The notes under the pieces are model-generated. The model had not been told where the DNA came from. It saw nothing but the letters and a program-made list of their open reading frames with translations, and did not search any database. A program made the position numbers and the translations under genes. From positions 1-10,337 of the forward strand of contig JBJCIZ010000580.1 of assembly GCA_051294375.1 (NCBI GenBank): a stretch of DNA of 10,337 nt, in the 5' to 3' direction. The stretch is from Paraspadella gotoi (taxonomy: Eukaryota > Animalia > Chaetognatha). Positions 8,262 to 10,337 of the stretch are shown here, in pieces; positions within the stretch are counted from its first letter, which is position 1; every line of letters starts with the position of its first letter.

Positions 8262-9241
8262 CTATCTGTCTCTCTCTCTCTTTCTCTCTTTCTATCTCTT
8301 TTTTGTAACAAAATTAATTTTTAGTCACCTTTTTTTCACCTCCGTCACTGCGCGACGAGTAAACGAGTTCGGCTCTCTCTATCTCTCTCTCTCTCTTTTT
8401 TTTTTACAAAAAAAATTTTTTAGTCATTTCTTTTTTTTTTCAACTCTCTCTCTCTCCTCTCTCTTCTCTCCTCTGCCGTCTCTGTCTCTATGTACGCACC
8501 AGTTCGCTTTTCTTTCGAAAAATTTTCATTATTTTTTCTCACCTTCTATAAAACAAGCTATTTATATCGGCATTGAGTTCTTTTTTTTCTCACGTTATAC
8601 AAAAGTCCCTAATTTAACAGATCCGTGATTTTCATGGTATTTCCTGTTTAGAAAAGCGATAAAATAACTATATAATGCAGGCAATGTCACATGTATCATA
8701 GCGTCATGCCTGTCTGTACATTAGGTAGGCTGCTCATAGTCCGGCAAATGCGCGAGTTGAATATAATTGCAGTATATACATTCGGTTTTTTTTTTTTATC
8801 GAAATAACAACAAAAAGAAACTAGGTTTGTAATCAACGTCAAATTTGTTTTTGTTTATTACTGTAACTTTGGAACCGGTTGGCCCACTATTGGCAAATTA
8901 ATCTAAATATGGAGTTGAGAAGAAGACGATTTGTGCAAAATTAAAACATTACTTTTTTTGGTTATGTTCTAATAATTTTTACAATTTTAAAATTGTAAAT
9001 TTTTTTTTAGTGTATATATTTAATCATTTTATTCTTTTTAAAATATAATATTATTTGTTGGTTGTGGATAAATATTTATAAATTAAGTTAAATATGCAAA
9101 TATGAAATTGAGCTCGTCTGGTTTCTTGCTTAAAAAAAAAGAACATCTAAAATTTCATTTTCAAAGGAAAAGGAAAAGAGTTTCCGTCCCGCTACTCAGA
9201 TACGTCCGAAAAACGAGTTCAGCTCTGCGGGCGGTCCAGCT

Positions 9242-9286
<45 letters not shown>

Positions 9287-9439
9287 TCTTTTCTATTTAT
9301 TCCGCCAATTTTACTCCGGCTTTTTTTCTCAATACAAAATCCCAAATTTACATCCGAAGATTTTCGTGAATTTTTTTTCTAAAAAATTTCTGATTATACT
9401 TTATATAAACGAGAGTGAAAACTGACCAGCCTCATCTAT

Positions 9440-9503
<64 letters not shown>
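7469..9503. repeat. Diverged modular repeat region with (CT)n tracts: ~150-bp subunits within ~720-760-bp higher-order units
   Basis: aacgagttc occurs at 7496, 7641, 8211, 8362 and 9212, each followed by CT-rich sequence. ttttttttacaaaaaaa occurs near 7713, 8163 and 8398. atacaaaatcccaaatttacatc is identical at 7833-7855 and 9332-9354, with a diverged copy at about 8597. Confidence 0.75.
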
Positions 9504-9506
<3 letters not shown>

Positions 9507-9538
9507 ATTCATACACGCATTTGTTTGTTTTATTTACG

Positions 9539-9755
9539 ATGAATGACTTCATCGCGTCAATGAATGACTATCATCGCATCAATGAATGATTATATCATAT
9601 CATATGAATGATTATCATCACATCAATGAATGACTATCATCGCATCAATCATTTGATTATCATACATCAGTTATTTTTATTATCATCGCATCAATTATTG
9701 GTTATCATCGCATCAATATTTAGTTATCATCGCATTAATATTTGGTTACCATCGA
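9539..9755. repeat. Tandem minisatellite, ~22-bp unit, about 10 copies
   Basis: The unit atgaatgactatcatcgcatca drifts to atatttggttatcatcgcatca-like units toward the 3' end. Confidence 0.9.
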
Positions 9756-10337
9756 AGCTGCTCGATTTCTATTGCTTTTAAGATTTTTTTTATATAATTT
9801 TTTTATTTTAAAATAAAATTAATTAAAAAATACGTAAAAATATTAAATAGGATATAAATAATTTATTTAGTTAGATGTATAAAATAAATGCATTAATAAA
9901 AACAAATAAACAAATATTAAAAAAATACAAAATTGATAAAATATACTAATTAATTTGATATTTAATTTATTATTGAAGTTGTGAGCGATTTAATCATTAA
10001 GCAGAACAAAATGGTTGCTATTTATTCAACAAATTATTATTAAATCAATTAAAAAAGTAATATAATCAAGGTAAGTAGATAATTTTAAAAATAATGATTA
10101 CTGTATTATAAAAGCTCTGGAGCTAAAAATATGAGGTAGTTTCTTACTGTCCTGAATCTAAAGAAAAGATTTAAAACATTATTTAATCAATATTATAAAA
10201 AATATTTTCTAAATATTAAAAAATATATAATTTAAAATTTTTTTTTAAACAATTACTGAAAAAATTTTTTTACTAATTGCTTTATGTAATAACTACTGGA
10301 GTTTGCTTTGTTCAATTTTAAAAATTTAGGTATCCTA

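Larger units (their letters stand above)
6821..9791 (+). mobile_element. Putative non-autonomous Helentron-associated element (HINE / DINE-1-like); 5' end well supported, 3' end tentative
   Basis: A T-rich flank and ttatcgagcc precede the hairpin GAGCC-a-TGACCGGC-gaa-GCCGGTCA-GGCTC (6826-6855). This is followed by ctattgtttt, (GTC)n at 6889-6921 and internal tandem repeats. A candidate 3' subterminal inverted repeat gctcgat (9760-9766, reverse complement of atcgagc 6823-6829) is followed about 20 nt later by a T run. This order matches described HINE architecture. Confidence 0.5.

Noticed and set aside
9790-10337. Extremely AT-rich tail as an origin or control region
   Set aside because: No organised motifs; consistent with ordinary AT-rich intergenic or intronic DNA.

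Overview
AT-rich, repeat-dense, essentially non-coding eukaryotic DNA, most likely intergenic or intronic sequence from an invertebrate animal (inference). I see no recognisable protein-coding gene; the supplied ORFs are mostly translations of (GA)n/(CT)n microsatellites or tandem arrays. The window holds two different tRNA-derived SINE-like elements (about 1300-1476 minus, about 4952-5170 plus) and a ~30/60-bp dimeric satellite (about 2330-3130). It also holds several purine-rich composite minisatellites and two diverged copies of a ~150-bp element end (4511-4677, 6480-6617). A putative ~3-kb non-autonomous Helentron/HINE (DINE-1-like) element starts at a strong hairpin at about 6821 and carries nested repeats. 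The unexplained signals most worth checking are a chain of tiny exon/intron-like units at 710-1053 and a dense cluster of RFX X-box, E-box and NR5A motifs at 4347-4478. Nothing here supports a prokaryotic system such as CRISPR or an operon.
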